A DNA stretch of 64,000 bases from the human T2T-CHM13v2.0 reference genome, Homo sapiens. Made by a program: the position numbers and the translations under genes. Below the pieces are notes generated by a model. It was not told the origin of the DNA. It saw only the letters and a program-made list of their open reading frames with translations, and did not search any database. The stretch is from the NCBI RefSeq assembly GCF_009914755.1, contig NC_060926.1; one strand, written 5' to 3'. Below are positions 47,648 to 62,500 of this stretch, one piece after another (the stretch's first letter is position 1; each line of letters opens with the position of its first letter).

Positions 47648-48613
47648 TGGGGGATTACATCACATGTGGGCAGGTTCCATGATGCCCCCTGAGCTGTAAA
47701 ATTAGCAAATTTTTGTTAGTGATTTTCAAAAGGGAAGGGAGTGTATGAAGAGGGTGTGGGTCACAGAGATCACGTGCTTCACAAGGTAACAGAATATCAC
47801 AAGGCAAATGGAGGCAGGGTAGGATCACAGGACCACAGGACGGGGGCGAAATTAAAACAGCTAATGAAGTTTTGGGCATGCATTGTCATTGATGACATCT
47901 TATCAGGAGACAGCGTTTGAGAGCAGACAACCGGTCTGACCAAAATTTATTAGGTGGGAATTTCCTCGTCCTAATAAGCCTGGGAGTGCTACAGGAGACT
48001 GCGGCTTATTTCATCCCTACAACTTCGACCATAAAAGATGACCACCCCCTGAAGTGGCCATTTTAGAGGCCTACCTTCAGGGATGCATTCTCTTTCTCAG
48101 GGATGTTCCTTGCTGAGAAAAAGAATTCAGTGATATTTCTCCCATTTGCTTTTGAAAGAATAGAAATATGGCTCTGTTCCGCCTGGCTAACCGGCAGTCA
48201 GAGTTTAATGTCATCTCTCTTGTTCCCTGAAATTTGCTGTTATCCTGTTCTTTTTTCAAGGTGCCCAGGTTTCATATTGTTTAAACACTCATGCTCTACA
48301 AACAATTTGTGCAGTTAACGCAATCATCACTGGGTCCTGGGGTGACATACATCCTCCTCAGTTTATGAAAATGACCGGATTAAGAGATTAAAGACAGGCA
48401 TAGGAAATCACAAGGGTATTGATTGGGGAAGTGATAAGTGTCCATGAAATCTTCACAATTTATGTTCAGAGATTGTAGTAAAGACAGGTGTAAGAAATTA
48501 TAAAAGTATTAATTTGGGTTACTAATAAATGTCCATAAAATCTTCACAATCTATGTTCTTCTGCCATGGCTTCAGCCAGTCCCTCCGTTCGGGATTCCTG
48601 ACTTCACACATCA
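47648..48613 (-). mobile_element. MER11 (HERV-K HML-8 LTR), 3' end missing
   Basis: 'ttctgccatggcttcagccagtccctccgttcgggattcctgacttc' is the reverse MER11 start; internal 'atcttcacaatttatgttc' repeats. Confidence 0.88.
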
Positions 48614-49590
48614 GGGTTACATTCAATCTGCACATTGCTTTGGGTTTGTACATTTTAAAAATATTAATTCTTCTAATCCCTGACCACAAAATATCTTTCC
48701 ACTTCTTTGTGTCTTTAATTGTTTTTTCATCAATGTTTTATAGTTTTCAGTATACAGGTCTTTCATCTCCTTGATTAAATTTACTCCTAAGTAATTTTTT
48801 TGGTGCTATTTTTAAATGAGATTGTTTCTTTATTTTGTAGTTTGTTGTTAGTGTATAGAAATTCCACTAATTTTTGTATGTTGATTTTGAAACCTGCCTC
48901 TTTACTGAATTTGTTTAACAGTGTTGGAAGGATTTTGGTTGAGTCCTTATGGCTTTCTCTATATAACATCACGTGATCATCAAACAGAGACAATTTTACT
49001 TCTTTCTTTTCTATTTGAGCATCTTGTATTTTTCTTGCTCAATTTTACTAGCTGGAACTTACAGTACTATGTTGAAGACTAGTGATTAGAGTGGGCATCC
49101 TTTTCTTATTTCTGATCTTAGATGAAAAGCTTTCAACTTTTCACCATTGAGCATAATGTTAATTGTGAACTTGTCATTTATGGTCTTTATTGTGTTGAGG
49201 TAAATTTCTTCTGTATCTGTTTTGTTGAGAAGTTTTATCATGAATGAATGTTAAATTTGCCAAGTGACTTTTGCATCTATTGAGATGACGATGCAGTTTT
49301 TGCCTTTTATTTTGCTAATGTGGTGTATCAAGTGTATGAATTATATATGTTGAATCATCCTTGCATCTCTGGGATATACCTCACTTGATCATGGTGAATG
49401 ATCACTTTAATGTGCTATTGAATTCAGTTTGATAGTATTTTATTCAAGATTTTTATAATATGCTCATCAGAAACATTGGCCAGTAATTTTCTTTTCTTGT
49501 AATATCCTTGTCTGGCTTTAGTATCAGGGTACTGCTGGCCTCATATAATTAGTTTGAAAGTATTCTCTCCTTTTTAATATATTTAAGAAG
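48614..49590 (-). mobile_element. L1M ORF2 fragment (antisense)
   Basis: Reverse translation 'SLFDDHVMLYRE...NKFSKEAGFKINIQK' is the L1 RT region. Confidence 0.85.
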
Positions 49591-50697
49591 AAGTCTTACC
49601 AGTCTCATCTACAACACTGATAGACAATCTCATAAATCATCTATAAAAATATTTATTTTTACTTAATGTAGAATCCAAGTAAAATCTCTGAAAGCAATCA
49701 TTTGTTTGCAAATCAAATACCTGTGTCAGTGAATTAGCTTATCCACTATAGAGAACTGTTGGGTATAAGACAGTTACATTTTGGAGAACATTTGCAAATA
49801 ACATGGCATATGATAGAGGTTTAAAAATAATTTTTATTGAATACATAACTAAATGAAATAATGACAGTGATGTTTTTAAAAGCAAGGTCAGTCATACACT
49901 AATTTTACAGAGTATATTATTTCAACAGTACTTGTTTGTTGATTTACTATATTAATGAGTAAATAAATGCATTTTTAAAAGATTTAACCCTATGATGGGT
50001 TATACACTAACTAACCTCACATGAATTCATGATACTTGTGATAGTTTAAACTGTTGCTTCACTTATTTATGTCCCTGGGCAACTATACTCTGTCATGCCT
50101 CACTATGGGTGACTGTGCTGTCCTGATCTCTTGACTTTGGCCTCTGCTTTTTTTTAATCTGCTTTGGTCAGTGGCATGAAGGCAGAAGTGACAATGCTCC
50201 AGTTCTGAGTCTATGCCATGAAAGCTTGATATATTTCCTCTATTTTTTCTGTACTTCTGATACTTCCATAAAAGAAAAACATACAAAAACAACTAACTAA
50301 TATATAGAGATTTGGCCAGTTTAAGATAAATATGTCTTTTTATAAAAAAAAATAGATCTTAATGAAACTCCAGTAACATTAAAAAAAAAATCCCTACATA
50401 AGGATTGAAACTCTAGCCCCATTAAAGTGCTAATAAAACTTTTAACAATTTTGTTTCCTATTGAAATTTTTTGTGAGGCTTTTTACAAGAATCTTATTAT
50501 TTGACAACCAAGATATTGTGAAAAAAATAATTTTAGAGCATACATAAAAAATTAATATATTTAATTTATCTTACATTTTTCATGCTAAAAATATCAAAGG
50601 CCTCTAAATATTCTATATTCTTGCAAGGGAAGGACACTCATTCCTCTAATAAAAAAGAGTATTTTTCCATTGACCACTTTTAATCAAAAACAATTTA

Positions 50698-52930
50698 ACT
50701 CTCTCCCTTCTGTTCCAGCCATGTGAAGTGCTGGCTCCCCCTTTAACTTTCACCATAGTTATAAGTGTCCTGAGGCCTTCTCAGAAGCTGGACAGATGCA
50801 TCATGCTTCCTGTACAGCCTGCAAAACCATGAGTCAGTTAAACCTCTTTTCTTTAGAAATTACCCAGTTTCAGGTATTTCTTCATAGTGATGCAAGAACA
50901 GACTAATACAGAAAATTGGTACTGAGGAATGGGGCATTGCTATAAAGAGACCTGCAAATGTGGAAGTGACTTTAGACCTGGATAACGGACAGAGGCTGGA
51001 AGAATTTGGAGGGCTCAGAAGAAGACAGGAAGATGAGGGAAGGTTTGGAACTTCCTAATGATTTGTTGAATGGTTGTGACCAAAATGCTGATAGTGGTCT
51101 GAACAATGAAGTCCAGGCTGAGGATGTCTTAAATGGAAATGAAGAACTTATTGGGAACTGGAGCAAAGGTAACTTTTGTTCTGCCCTAGTGAATAACCTG
51201 GCTGCATTTTGCTGCTGCCCTAGGGAATCTGCGGAAATTTGAACCTGAGAATGATTATTTATAGTATCTGGCAGAAGAAATTTCTAAGCAGGAAAGTATT
51301 CAAGACTTCGCCTAGCTGCTTCTAAATGGCTATGCTCATGTGCATGAGCAGAAAAACCCATAAAAATGAAACTTATATTTAAAGGGGAAGCAGAGTGTAA
51401 AAGTTTGGAAAATTTGCAAACTGGCCACGTGGTAGAAAAAAAATGCCCATTTTCAGGGAAGAAACTTAAGCAGGTTGCAGAAATTTGTATAAGTAAAGAG
51501 CAGCCAAGTGCTAATAGCCAACACAATGCAGAAAAGGCCTCAAAATCATTTCAGAAACCTTCAAGGAGACCCTCTCATCACAGGCTTGAAAGCCTAGGAG
51601 GGGAGAATAATTTCATGGGCCAGATCCAGGGCCCTACTGCTCTGCACAACCTCTGGACACTGCTCCCTTCATCCTGGCCACCCTAATTACAGCCATGGCT
51701 AAAAGGCACCCAGGTACAATTTGATCCACTGCTTCAGAGTATTCAAGCCATAAGCCCTGGCATCTTCCATGTGGTGTTTATCCTACAGGTGCACAGAGTG
51801 CAAGAGTTGAAGCTTGGGAGCCTCTGTCTAGATTTGTGAGGATATATGGAAAAGCCTGTATGTCCTGGCAGAAGCCTGCTGCAGGGGTGGAGCCCTCATG
51901 GAGAACGTGTACTAGGGCAGTGCAAACGGGAAATGTTGAGTTGGAGTCTCCACACACAGTCCCCACTGGGACACTGCCTAGTGGAGCTGTGAGAAAAGGG
52001 CCATCATCCTTCAGACCCCAGAATGAAGTGGATTCACTGGCAGCTTGCACCCTGTAGCTGGAAAAGCTATAGGTATTCAGTGCCAGCCCATGAGAGCAGA
52101 CACAGGGACTGAACCCTGTAAAGCCACAGGAGTGGAGCTGCTGAAGGCCTTGAGAGCCCAACCATTGCATCAGTTTGCCCTGGATGTGGGACATGGAGTG
52201 AAAGGAGATTATTTTGGAGCTTTCATATTTAGTAACTGCCCTGCTTCATTTTAGACTTGCATGGGGCCTGCAGTTCCTTTCTTTTGGCCAATTGCTTTAT
52301 TTTGGATTAGGAATATTTATCCAATGCCTATACTCCCATTGTATCTTGGAAGTAACTAACTTTGTTTTTTTGTTTTGTTTTGTTTTGCTTTTTTTTTTTT
52401 TGCAGGCTTATAGGTGGAAGGCACTTGCCTTGTCTCAGATGAGACTTTGGACTTTTGAGTTAATGATGGAATGAGTTTAGACTTTAGGAGACTGTTGGGA
52501 AGGCATGATTGTATTGTTGTATTGTGAAATGTGAGAAGGACATGAGATTTGGGAGGGGTCAGAATGATATGGTTTTGATCTGTGTTCCTCCTCAAAATCT
52601 CATGTTGAATTGTAATTCCCAGTTTTGGAGGTTGGGCCTTTGGGAGGTGATTGGATCATGGAGGTGGTCCTTTATGAATGGTTTAGCACCATCTTCTTGG
52701 TGCTGTTCTTGTGATAGAGTTTTCATAAGATCTGGTTGTTTAAAAGTGGGTAGCACCTCTCCCTCTCTGTCTTCCTTCTGCTCTGGATGTGTGAATTTCT
52801 GGCTCCCTCTTTACTTTCTGTCATGATTGTAAGTTTTCTGAGACTTCTTCAGAGGCCAAGCAGATGCCAGCATAGTGTGTCAGTACACCTTGTGGAACCA
52901 TGAGCCAATTAAGCCTTTTTTCTTTATTGA
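50698..52930 (+). mobile_element. MSTA-type MaLR provirus (partial 5' LTR to 50910, internal 50911-52564, truncated 3' LTR from 52565)
   Basis: 'gactaataca|gaaaattggtac' LTR/int border and 'cagaa|tgatatggttttgatctgtg' 3' LTR start; internal region homologous to the THE1-int at 25-26.8 kb. Confidence 0.88.
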
Positions 52931-52939
52931 AAAAAATAT

Positions 52940-53240
52940 ATTTTTTTTTCTTTTGAGATGGCGTCTTGCTCTGTCACCCTGGCTGGAGTGCAATGACATG
53001 ATCCTGCTCACTGCATGCAACCTCTGCTTCCCGGGTTCAAGCAATTCTCCTGCTTCAGCCTCCTGAGTAGCTGGGGTTACAGGTACCTGCCACCGCACCC
53101 AGCTAATATTTGTATTTTTTAGTAGAGATGGGGTTTTGCCATGTTGGTCAGGCTGGTCTCTAACTCCCGAACTCAAGTAATCCACCCACCTCGGCCTCCC
53201 AAATTATTGGGATTACAGGTGGGAGCCACTGTGCCCAGCC
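52940..53240 (-). mobile_element. AluS
   Basis: Antisense Alu dimer. Confidence 0.88.
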
Positions 53241-53329
53241 AAAAAAATAATAATTTAAAAGAGAAATGGAATTAGCATTCTGTGAGACAAATGCAATACA
53301 TACATTGTTCATACTTACTTTACTTCACT

Positions 53330-53510
53330 CTTTACTATAAGCAATATAATGAGTAAGCTTTGTTACTTTTACTTTGCAATAGGAAAACTGAGACTCCGTG
53401 AGTTTGAGTAAGTTGCCCTAAATCATTCAGATAAAAAAATGCATAGATGAAATTTGAAATCAGGTCTTCAGGTCTGCATGAAACCAAGTTTTGTGCTCAT
53501 TTATCTCTAC
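53330..53510 (-). mobile_element. MIR
   Basis: 'aggaaaactgagactccgtgagtttgagtaagttgcccta' MIR core. Confidence 0.6.
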
Positions 53511-55032
53511 TAAATCGAATGTCAGAAAATAAATTAGGAATAAAAGGATAATTAAATGCTAAAATAATTTTAAACATACCAGAAAGTAATCTCTGACATG
53601 AAGATGTTAGGAGGAGAAAGGGGTTAAAAATAAACAATTCTAGTTAAGAATAAACAATTCTTAGAATTGTCAACCTGTGTTTAGAAGATGGAACATGAAG
53701 AAGGTATTAATATTTTGGTACTGGCCTAGCATAAGAAAGACTCCAGTCCAAGAAGTTTATGATGGTGTGGCCTATGTTCTACATCCCCAGATATTGACAG
53801 GGATAAACTTTCAGCTGTTATGCCATGTCCCATTGTGTAGAGACAAGATGATTCCAGGTGATGCAAAGATGTAGCCTTAAAGAATGTTGAACTACATAAT
53901 TGAAGAAGTTATGCTTTCATAATTTCTGAATACTTAACAGAGTTGTAATCATTGACAAAATGTGACAATAGACAAAATCGAGAACAGTAATGTCATCACC
54001 TCCTAGTAAGCTCCAGTTTGTGTCTCCTCTCCATCTTTAATTCTTCTCCCCTTTTCAAAGTTAACCATTAACTTCACTTCTAAAATCACAAATTCACACT
54101 TCCTGTTTTTGAATTCCTTGTAGATTAAATTATATAGTATGCATTTGTGTCTGGCTTCTTTCACACCACATCATGTAGGTCCCTTCAATTATCTTCTGGC
54201 CCAGCCCTCAGACTCTTGCCTGAGATCAAGAGTATTCAGTGAAGAATAATAAAATATTTTTAAAGAAACTCTTTCACAAAGAATTTGTCCAAAATCTTCT
54301 GCAGGGATAACTGATCAGCAGTGTTAAAGGAGGTGTGCTTGTGGCACACGTCTGCACATTTGATATAAAAAATGCAGAGCTTTGTTCCAGAAATGGGTGA
54401 GCACCAGAAGCAGTGAGGGTGGTACTAGGATAGGCAAAACAGGAATATTGGCAACTTTGGGGGTATTAACTCTATAACTGGTGCCTTAGGAGAGGTCATC
54501 ACAGTGAACCAAAGCCGGAGATGGGAAAGCAGTGTATGCCATGAATCTGGAAGATGGCTGACCTCTTGGGAGTTCTCAGAACTCTCTGGAGGAATTTGAA
54601 GGAAATGAAGTTTCTTTAGAGCTGAGCCACAGAAACATAATATTATTTATTGTTTACTATATTATATATAAATATGTTACATATATTTTACACACATGCA
54701 TGCACACACACACACACACACAAGGCTGGAACTGCTTTGGAAATAGTTATGTATGCTTTTGAGACTGGGAGATCTAGGGTAAGGGTCTAGCAGCTGAGAA
54801 CAATAAGGATAAATGCTTTCTCCTAAAAACAGTTTTTTTTTTCTTAATCTCACAAACTTATGATTCTGTATTGGTATGCTAATGATGCAAAAACATGGAA
54901 TTTTTCTTTAATATAAATCATACTAATTTTCATGTGCATGCTACCAATATTTTGATAATAAATTTTTAAAGTCACTCCTGTATTTGCTTTATACCCGGGT
55001 TATTTAAAACAAAGATTTAAAAGTGGATAAAA

Positions 55033-55330
55033 GGCCAGGCAAGGTGGCACACACCTGTAATCCCAGTACTTTTGGAGGCTGAGGTGGGCGGATCTTTTGA
55101 GGTCAGGTGTTCGAGACTAGCCTGGCCAACATGGTGAAACCCTGTCTCTACTAAAAATACAAAAATTAGCCCGACGTGGTAGCACATGCCTGTAGTCCCA
55201 GCTACTCAGGGGGCAGAGGTGAGAGAATTACTTGAACCTGGGAGGCAGAAGTTGCAGTGAGCCAAGATCGTGCCAGTACACTCTGGCCTGGATGACAGAG
55301 CAAAACTCCGTCTCAAAAAGAAAAAAAAAA
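55033..55330 (+). mobile_element. AluS (Sx/Sz-like)
   Basis: Full Alu; TSD AAAAGTGG(A/T)TAAAA. Confidence 0.9.
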
Positions 55331-56451
55331 GTGGTTAAAAGTATCACAAACTGAACTGATTTCTTTCTATTGTTTCTCACAATATCTTAGCAACTGAGAC
55401 CATTGAAACTTATTTTTCTATTGAAAATTTTGTAGCATTGAAAATGTGTCTTATATGTAAAGAGAAATATAAGAAAAGAAGTAAAACAGCTTACCATAAG
55501 AAAGGGTTTCTTTTTTTAACCCAGATTCTGCATTTCCCTGTATCTTTAAAGCTACATAAACTGATCATTACTAAGACAATTCAGTTAGAGACTAGATGTT
55601 AATAAAAAAAAGCATTTGGTTAATATTCTTGGTGATTAGGTTTCACATCCTTAAGTCTTTATCGAAAAATACCTTTATTCCCTTAATTTCTCTAAGAACA
55701 AAACTAATATCACAAAATGTAAAATGAAAATTGTGATGGGCTGCTCAAAAAATTGATCAGAAGTCACACTCATTTCAGAAAAAGAAAGCGCAGCAGCAGC
55801 AGAACCATCACAAACACTATTCAATTTTAAATTTGATTTTCAAGATAATGCAAGTCAAACCATTTGCCCAAATATGTAACAACCACACACAATAAAACTC
55901 ATATAGTTATCCTACAGTACCCACATCAGTCACTTCCACAGACATGTTCCCCAGGTTGCTGTAAAACAAAAGACCCAAAATAGTTTAAGAAGGGAAAAAT
56001 TTCAGAGAGATATTTGAAAAACAGAATAGCAATAGATTTTGCTTTTGATTTGCTGACTTGAAATTAGAGATATGATTTTAAATTATGGAAACCACCAAAT
56101 TGTACCAGAACTGGCAAATGTATATATACTGAGAACTCTGTACATAGCCTTTGTAGCTCTGGAGGGAAGCTCAAAGAATCCTTACTTTTGTGATAGGAAA
56201 GAAGCTAAAAATCTTGACCCACAGTCACTTTAACACACAATAGAAGTGTTTGCTGTGGCATGCTCTAAGCTGCACTCTTTGTCCCAGCATAGTTTTGGCA
56301 GGTCATTGCATTCTCAAAAAGTGGCTAGAAAATACTAAGTTAAATTAATATGATTAAGCTTTGTCTCATAAAATTCTTCCACTGTTTCACATCTGTTAAT
56401 CACATCTATCCCTATAGGATTAAATGTTCTTGGAAAACAATACCTAAATTA

Positions 56452-56748
56452 TTTGTTGTTTGTTTCTTAGATGGAGTCTAGCTCTGTTTCCCAGGCTGGA
56501 GAGCAGTAGTGCAATCTCGGCTCACTGCAACCTCCACCTCCTGGATTCAAGCCTTTCTTGTATCTCAGACCCCCAAGTAGCTGGAATTACAGGTGCCCAT
56601 CACCACGCCTGGCTAATTTTTGTATTTTTAGTAGAGATGAGGTTTTGCCATGTTGGCATGGCTGGTTTCGAACTCCTGACCTCAGGTGATCTGCCTGTCT
56701 TGGCCTCCCAAAGTGCTGGGATTACAGGCATGAGTCACCATGCCTGGC
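56452..56748 (-). mobile_element. AluS
   Basis: Antisense Alu; TSD ACCTAAATT. Confidence 0.88.
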
Positions 56749-58404
56749 CAACAAGACCTAAATTTTTAATATTTCTAAATACATTTCATGAGATACATAG
56801 AGCACACCTAATCCTTCCTCTCTCTTCTCCTTTGTTTTACGATTTTTCATAATCTGATTACAATATTAGTATTGATAATTATAGAAAATGAAAAAAGCAC
56901 AGAACAACATGAGAAAAAAAAACAAATATTGCCTGTACTATCACTATCCAGAGAAAGCCCCTGTTAATATATTGGTGCAATTTATCCCACTTCCACCCCT
57001 ACATCTTTGGCACTTCTAAAAAAAGCATGGGCTTAAAAATTCTATTTGTTTATTCTTTTTATATAATTGGAATCATTCTAATTTTTTCACCCATCATTAA
57101 ATGTTCTTTGGTACCATGATAGCATGGCTACATAATTATCCATTTGTGGCAGAGTTAGCTAGCTCTTCATTGAAGATTGACACTTCTTTTGCATGGCATA
57201 CAGACTCAAAGACAACCACATTTTTCAGCCCTTTTGAAATCTAAATTGTATCATGTGATTGCATTTTGACTAATGAAGTATGTACAGAAATGTTTAGGCC
57301 ATTTATAGTTTAAGTACATAAGAACGTCTTTCATAAACTTCTACTTTTTCTTTTTTCCTTATCTGTCAAATTGACATCAATGCCAAGAGATACCTGGGAA
57401 AGCACATGTTATGAATGGCAGGGCTCTCATCTGGCTGGATCCCTGAATGACTGCATGGATTAGATTCCTTTACTCCTGCCTCACCTTCTGTTTTTATACT
57501 ATGTAAGAAAAAAAATGCTTTCCACTCTGTTAAACCAGTAAAATTTGAGGTTTATTGTTAGAGTAGCAAACATAACCTTAAACAAAACACTATAATCTAT
57601 AAATAAGTCATAATTTAACTTAACTATTATTGAGTGGTTTTCAAATTTTTCTACAGTAATTATGATATTTGGAAATAAATCTTTGTACATACACTACACC
57701 TTCAGGACAAATTCATAGAAACTATATTGTTGGATTTCAGTGAAGAAACATTATGGCTCCTGGTGCAGACAGCCCCTGAACTAAATATAAAAGTTAAAAA
57801 ACAAAAGTTTTGAAACAATGTACACTTCAACAAATTGTGAATTCCTGGTTCTTTGGATTCTCAGTCTTTCCCAATCTCCTTCCATTATTATAGGTGAAAA
57901 AATATTGTTTTTATTTCTTGAATTATACCTGTGGTTATATACTTTTTCTTTTTGTTCTTCCTTTTTCATTATAAAGGTGTGTGTTTCCCCATTTACATTT
58001 ATTTATAAGACTAATATCGTTACCATTCATGCCCTGATTCTAAATATAATCACTCATGAACTTGTGTGTTAGAGTTGCTTTTGCTGCTGTAGAAGATTTA
58101 GCATGCCATTATGAACCTTAGCATCACTTTTTTATGGCCTATTCTTACTATTTCTGGGGTCTACCCATTGGTCTAGACTTGAGTCAAAGTGCTTGATCTC
58201 TACCTAGATCATCTATTGGGATTGAAGTCCTCATCTGAACAGGCCTCTGAGATGATGTTCTGACAATTTGACTGGTACTTCTAGCCCTTCTTTCTAGTAA
58301 CCCTTTCTAGATTACATGGCACGCACTCCTGGTAATTTACTTTGTTTATAGTGACTCCTGCATCATTGCAAGTCTAGTCACTACTTGGAGACATCTGATG
58401 CTTT

Positions 58405-59320
58405 TATATTCATTAATTTATTCATTTATTCTAAAAGTAAATATTTATGGGTTGCCTCCTATAGTCAGGCATTTAAGAAACATTAGTATTACTTTGGTAA
58501 ATAAAAATGCATGGTTCCTCCCCTCATAAAGCCTAGAGGCTTTATATGTGAAAAGAGAAGGAGCAAATAGACAGTGAGAGGAACATATGAACAAGAAAAC
58601 ACGTCAGTAAATGTATAATTGTTGAAAACAAAAACTAGATAAGTCAAGAGGTTGATTTTATTCAGGCTATTAAATTAGAGTGCTCCCAGATTCAAAGATC
58701 AGAGTGTTCCACCAAGGTGGTTTTGCCTTAGATTTTTATCAGGAGAGATAGATAACTTGCAGACAGGGTGGTTTGAAGTCCAGGTTGTTTTGTAGGCAGG
58801 GGAAGCTGAAGTTAGTTATTTGAACAGGACATGTTTTTCTTTGCAGATGGCTAGTTTTAAGACAATTAGTTTAGAATAAACGGTTCTAATCTTAGCAATC
58901 AATCATGACCAACTGTTCTGATTTTAGCTAATCAATCATGAGATAAAAAACAGGAAGTTGATGGAGGGTTCTCTGTCTGGCTTATCCACAGAAGAACATG
59001 GAATAGTCAAGGAAATTGTAAAGGCCAATATAGGTGAAATCAGTACAAGGAAGAGAGACAAGAGACGTCAGATCATAAAATACCATCCAGGAAAAGGTAG
59101 TGAGTTTTTACACTATAGTAAGGGCAGTGAGGAGTCACTGAACTATGTTGATGAAAGAAGTACTATGGTCTCAGTGATGCTTAGAAAGATCACTATAAGT
59201 GCTATTTGGAAAATTAATCAGGTCAGCAGGGGATACAAAAATAAGAAAAGAGATTGGTGATAAAACTATTATAGTAATCCAGATAAAGAAAGATAATAGC
59301 TTGTATTAGGCTGGTATCCA
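58405..59320 (-). mobile_element. LINE-2 fragment, probably interrupted by an LTR-like insert (~58620-59030)
   Basis: 'attcatttatt...aaatatttatgg...atggttcctcccctcataaagcc' and 'atagtaatccagataaagaaagataatagcttg' resemble antisense L2. Confidence 0.55.
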
Positions 59321-59943
59321 TCCATGGACTAATCAGATGACTTGCATTTTATTCTCATAGCTATATTGCTATATTTTTACACCTCTTTGGAGAAGAGAAT
59401 TTAGAATTTTGTCCATCTCCTCTGCGCACTACACGCCTATGAGGCCAGTCTTCAAGGTAAAGCTCCACCGGGCCTCAATTTCTTCTCTTTCACATCAATT
59501 ATTATGGTTGCACTGTAGCTTGTAGTCACACTGGATATGGTTCCTACTGTCATCTTTCTGTACCATGTTCCACATCCCACATCACTCTGCACCTGGATTT
59601 TTTTTTTTGTAGTAAATAAACTTTATTTATCTCTTTCTCAGCGATGACACCACCAACAGTCACGGCCTTGCATACAATACAGTTATGCATTGGCTATTTA
59701 CAATTTATGACAGTGTTTTTTCCTCCAAAAAATATAAGTACAAAAGCTAAGTAAACAATGAGGTACTGTCATTTGAGATTTATTACATGTCTTAGCTTAA
59801 AAAACTGGTCTTCAGCAAATATACAACAAATCAACCTGAATAAAATAGTCAATTAAATGCTCTAATTTAACAGAAAAAAAAATCACTAAATTTCGCCTCA
59901 AAATGTATTGCACAAGTCTTTTTAAAAAATCACCCTAAAATAT

Positions 59944-60312
<369 letters not shown>

Positions 60313-60745
60313 CTATAAAGAAGGTTAAGGCATTCAAAATATCTTTTAAACAACATAAAATTCTTCTAAACAGAAAACTGAAGAAAAAAACTATCACCAT
60401 TTCTCCACTGATGAAATCTATTTTAAAAGGAGTCTGCAACATATCTGTGGGCCAGATTTTTCTTGGTCTTTTGGCAACACGAGGGGCCCTAAATGACAAC
60501 TTCATTCTCAAAGAGTAGCAAGTGTGGACCATTTTCCCAGCAGCAGTCATCCAATGTCACTCTTCTTTAAGATGAAGATCGGAGCCATGACACATGCTAA
60601 TGAAGCACAGGCTGATGGTTGACTTAGAAGATACCACTACGAGGTGAAGTAAACATTAGCTGAGCATCTTCTTTTTACAAAATTTTCTGAGTCTGATCAT
60701 CAGGGAACTTCAGTATAGTGGTTATAACCTTTGCTATGGTCTTAG

Positions 60746-61211
<466 letters not shown>

Positions 61212-61764
61212 CAAACACTATTCTAAATAGTGAACCTGTTCTCTGAACTCTTGGTCTTTCAGTTTTGAATCACTGATTAAAGTCATCTTCTTACACCTGG
61301 TTTATTGTGCTGGTCTTCATTAAGTCTTACACACGGTTCCTGAAATTGTTGCTATATAAAAGGATTATTTTCATATCTCTGTTCTTGACCCAAATAGCTT
61401 CACTATGCCCCTACTAGCTATACAGTCAAATCCAAAGTCCTTAAAAACCTCTTTAAAAGACCCAATGTATCTTTTTATCAGTTATCTTAAAAAAAAAAAA
61501 ACTCTTGATATACATGATTAGTTTACTCACTCATGTCTAAATATTTCCACTTCAAGTTATATGTATATATACACATGTGTATATGAGTGTATATATAATA
61601 TATACATATAAATATAATTTATATATATACATATATATAAATTAAGATATATACCTTAATTTTTCTACTAACAAAATTCCTTCTCCTCAATTAACAAGAT
61701 TAAATTTTCACTTTCTCCACGGGAAGCACCACTGTATTCTAAAATGTATTCTCCTCTAAATTAC

Positions 61765-62057
61765 TTATTATTTTAATCTTATCAATAAAAAGGAGTAGTT
61801 ACCATTTATTTAGTGATTACTATGTCACAGAATCTATAATAACATCCCATAACTCTGTATATAGAGAGTTATATCAATAAACCCAACTTATGTTTATATA
61901 AATAACTTAGGTTAACAGGTCAATTTATATAAACTTAGGTTGGGTTTATTGATATAACTCTCTATATACAGAGTTGCGGGAAGTTATAGATTCTGTGACA
62001 TAATAATCACTAAATAAATGTTAACTACTGTTTTTAATGATGAGATTAAAATAATAA
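61765..62057. repeat. Long inverted repeat (arms ~139 and ~135 bp, 19-bp spacer)
   Basis: 61765-61903 is the near reverse complement of 61923-62057, e.g. aactctgtatatagagagttatatcaataaacccaac / gttgggtttattgatataactctctatatacagagtt. Confidence 0.92.
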
Positions 62058-62334
62058 TTGATTTAATAATTACTTTGATAATCTTATCAATTATTTAATA
62101 ATTGATAAGGTTAAAATAATAATTATATAAATTTACTTAGGTAAATTTATTACCTAAGTTATTTATACAACTACAGTTACATAAATAAGCCCAACTTAGT
62201 TTTATATAATTTATATGACTAGTTATATATAAATTTATATAACTACAGTTATAAAGTTTTATATCTATAGTTATACAAATTATATGTCATTAATATAACT
62301 GTAACAATAAGAGAATACCACAACCAATGTCTGC

Positions 62335-62500
62335 AGCAACTTCAGGCAACAGGTGCTAGCTGTAGTCCCATTTTATAGATGAGAAAACTAATGTTTAGAG
62401 ATAGATAAAATAAACTAGCCAAGGCTTTTCAGTTAGTAAGTGTCTGAGCAGAGGTCTGAACCTAGGTATTCTGACTGTGGAGTTCATGCTGTTATTTACT
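62335..62500 (-). mobile_element. MIR
   Basis: 'cccattttatagatgagaaaactaatgtttagaga...agttagtaagtg...gaacctagg' MIR core. Confidence 0.75.

Noticed and set aside
48390-48560. Internal repeats 'atcttcacaat..atgttc' and 'aaagacagg'
   Set aside because: Intrinsic tandem structure of the MER11 LTR.
51006-52254. Series of ORFs in MSTA-int
   Set aside because: Broken MaLR internal ORF with stops and frameshifts.
61765-62310. CRISPR-like array or MITE interpretation of the repeats
   Set aside because: No regular repeat-spacer period, human context, and no clear TSD or known terminal inverted repeat.
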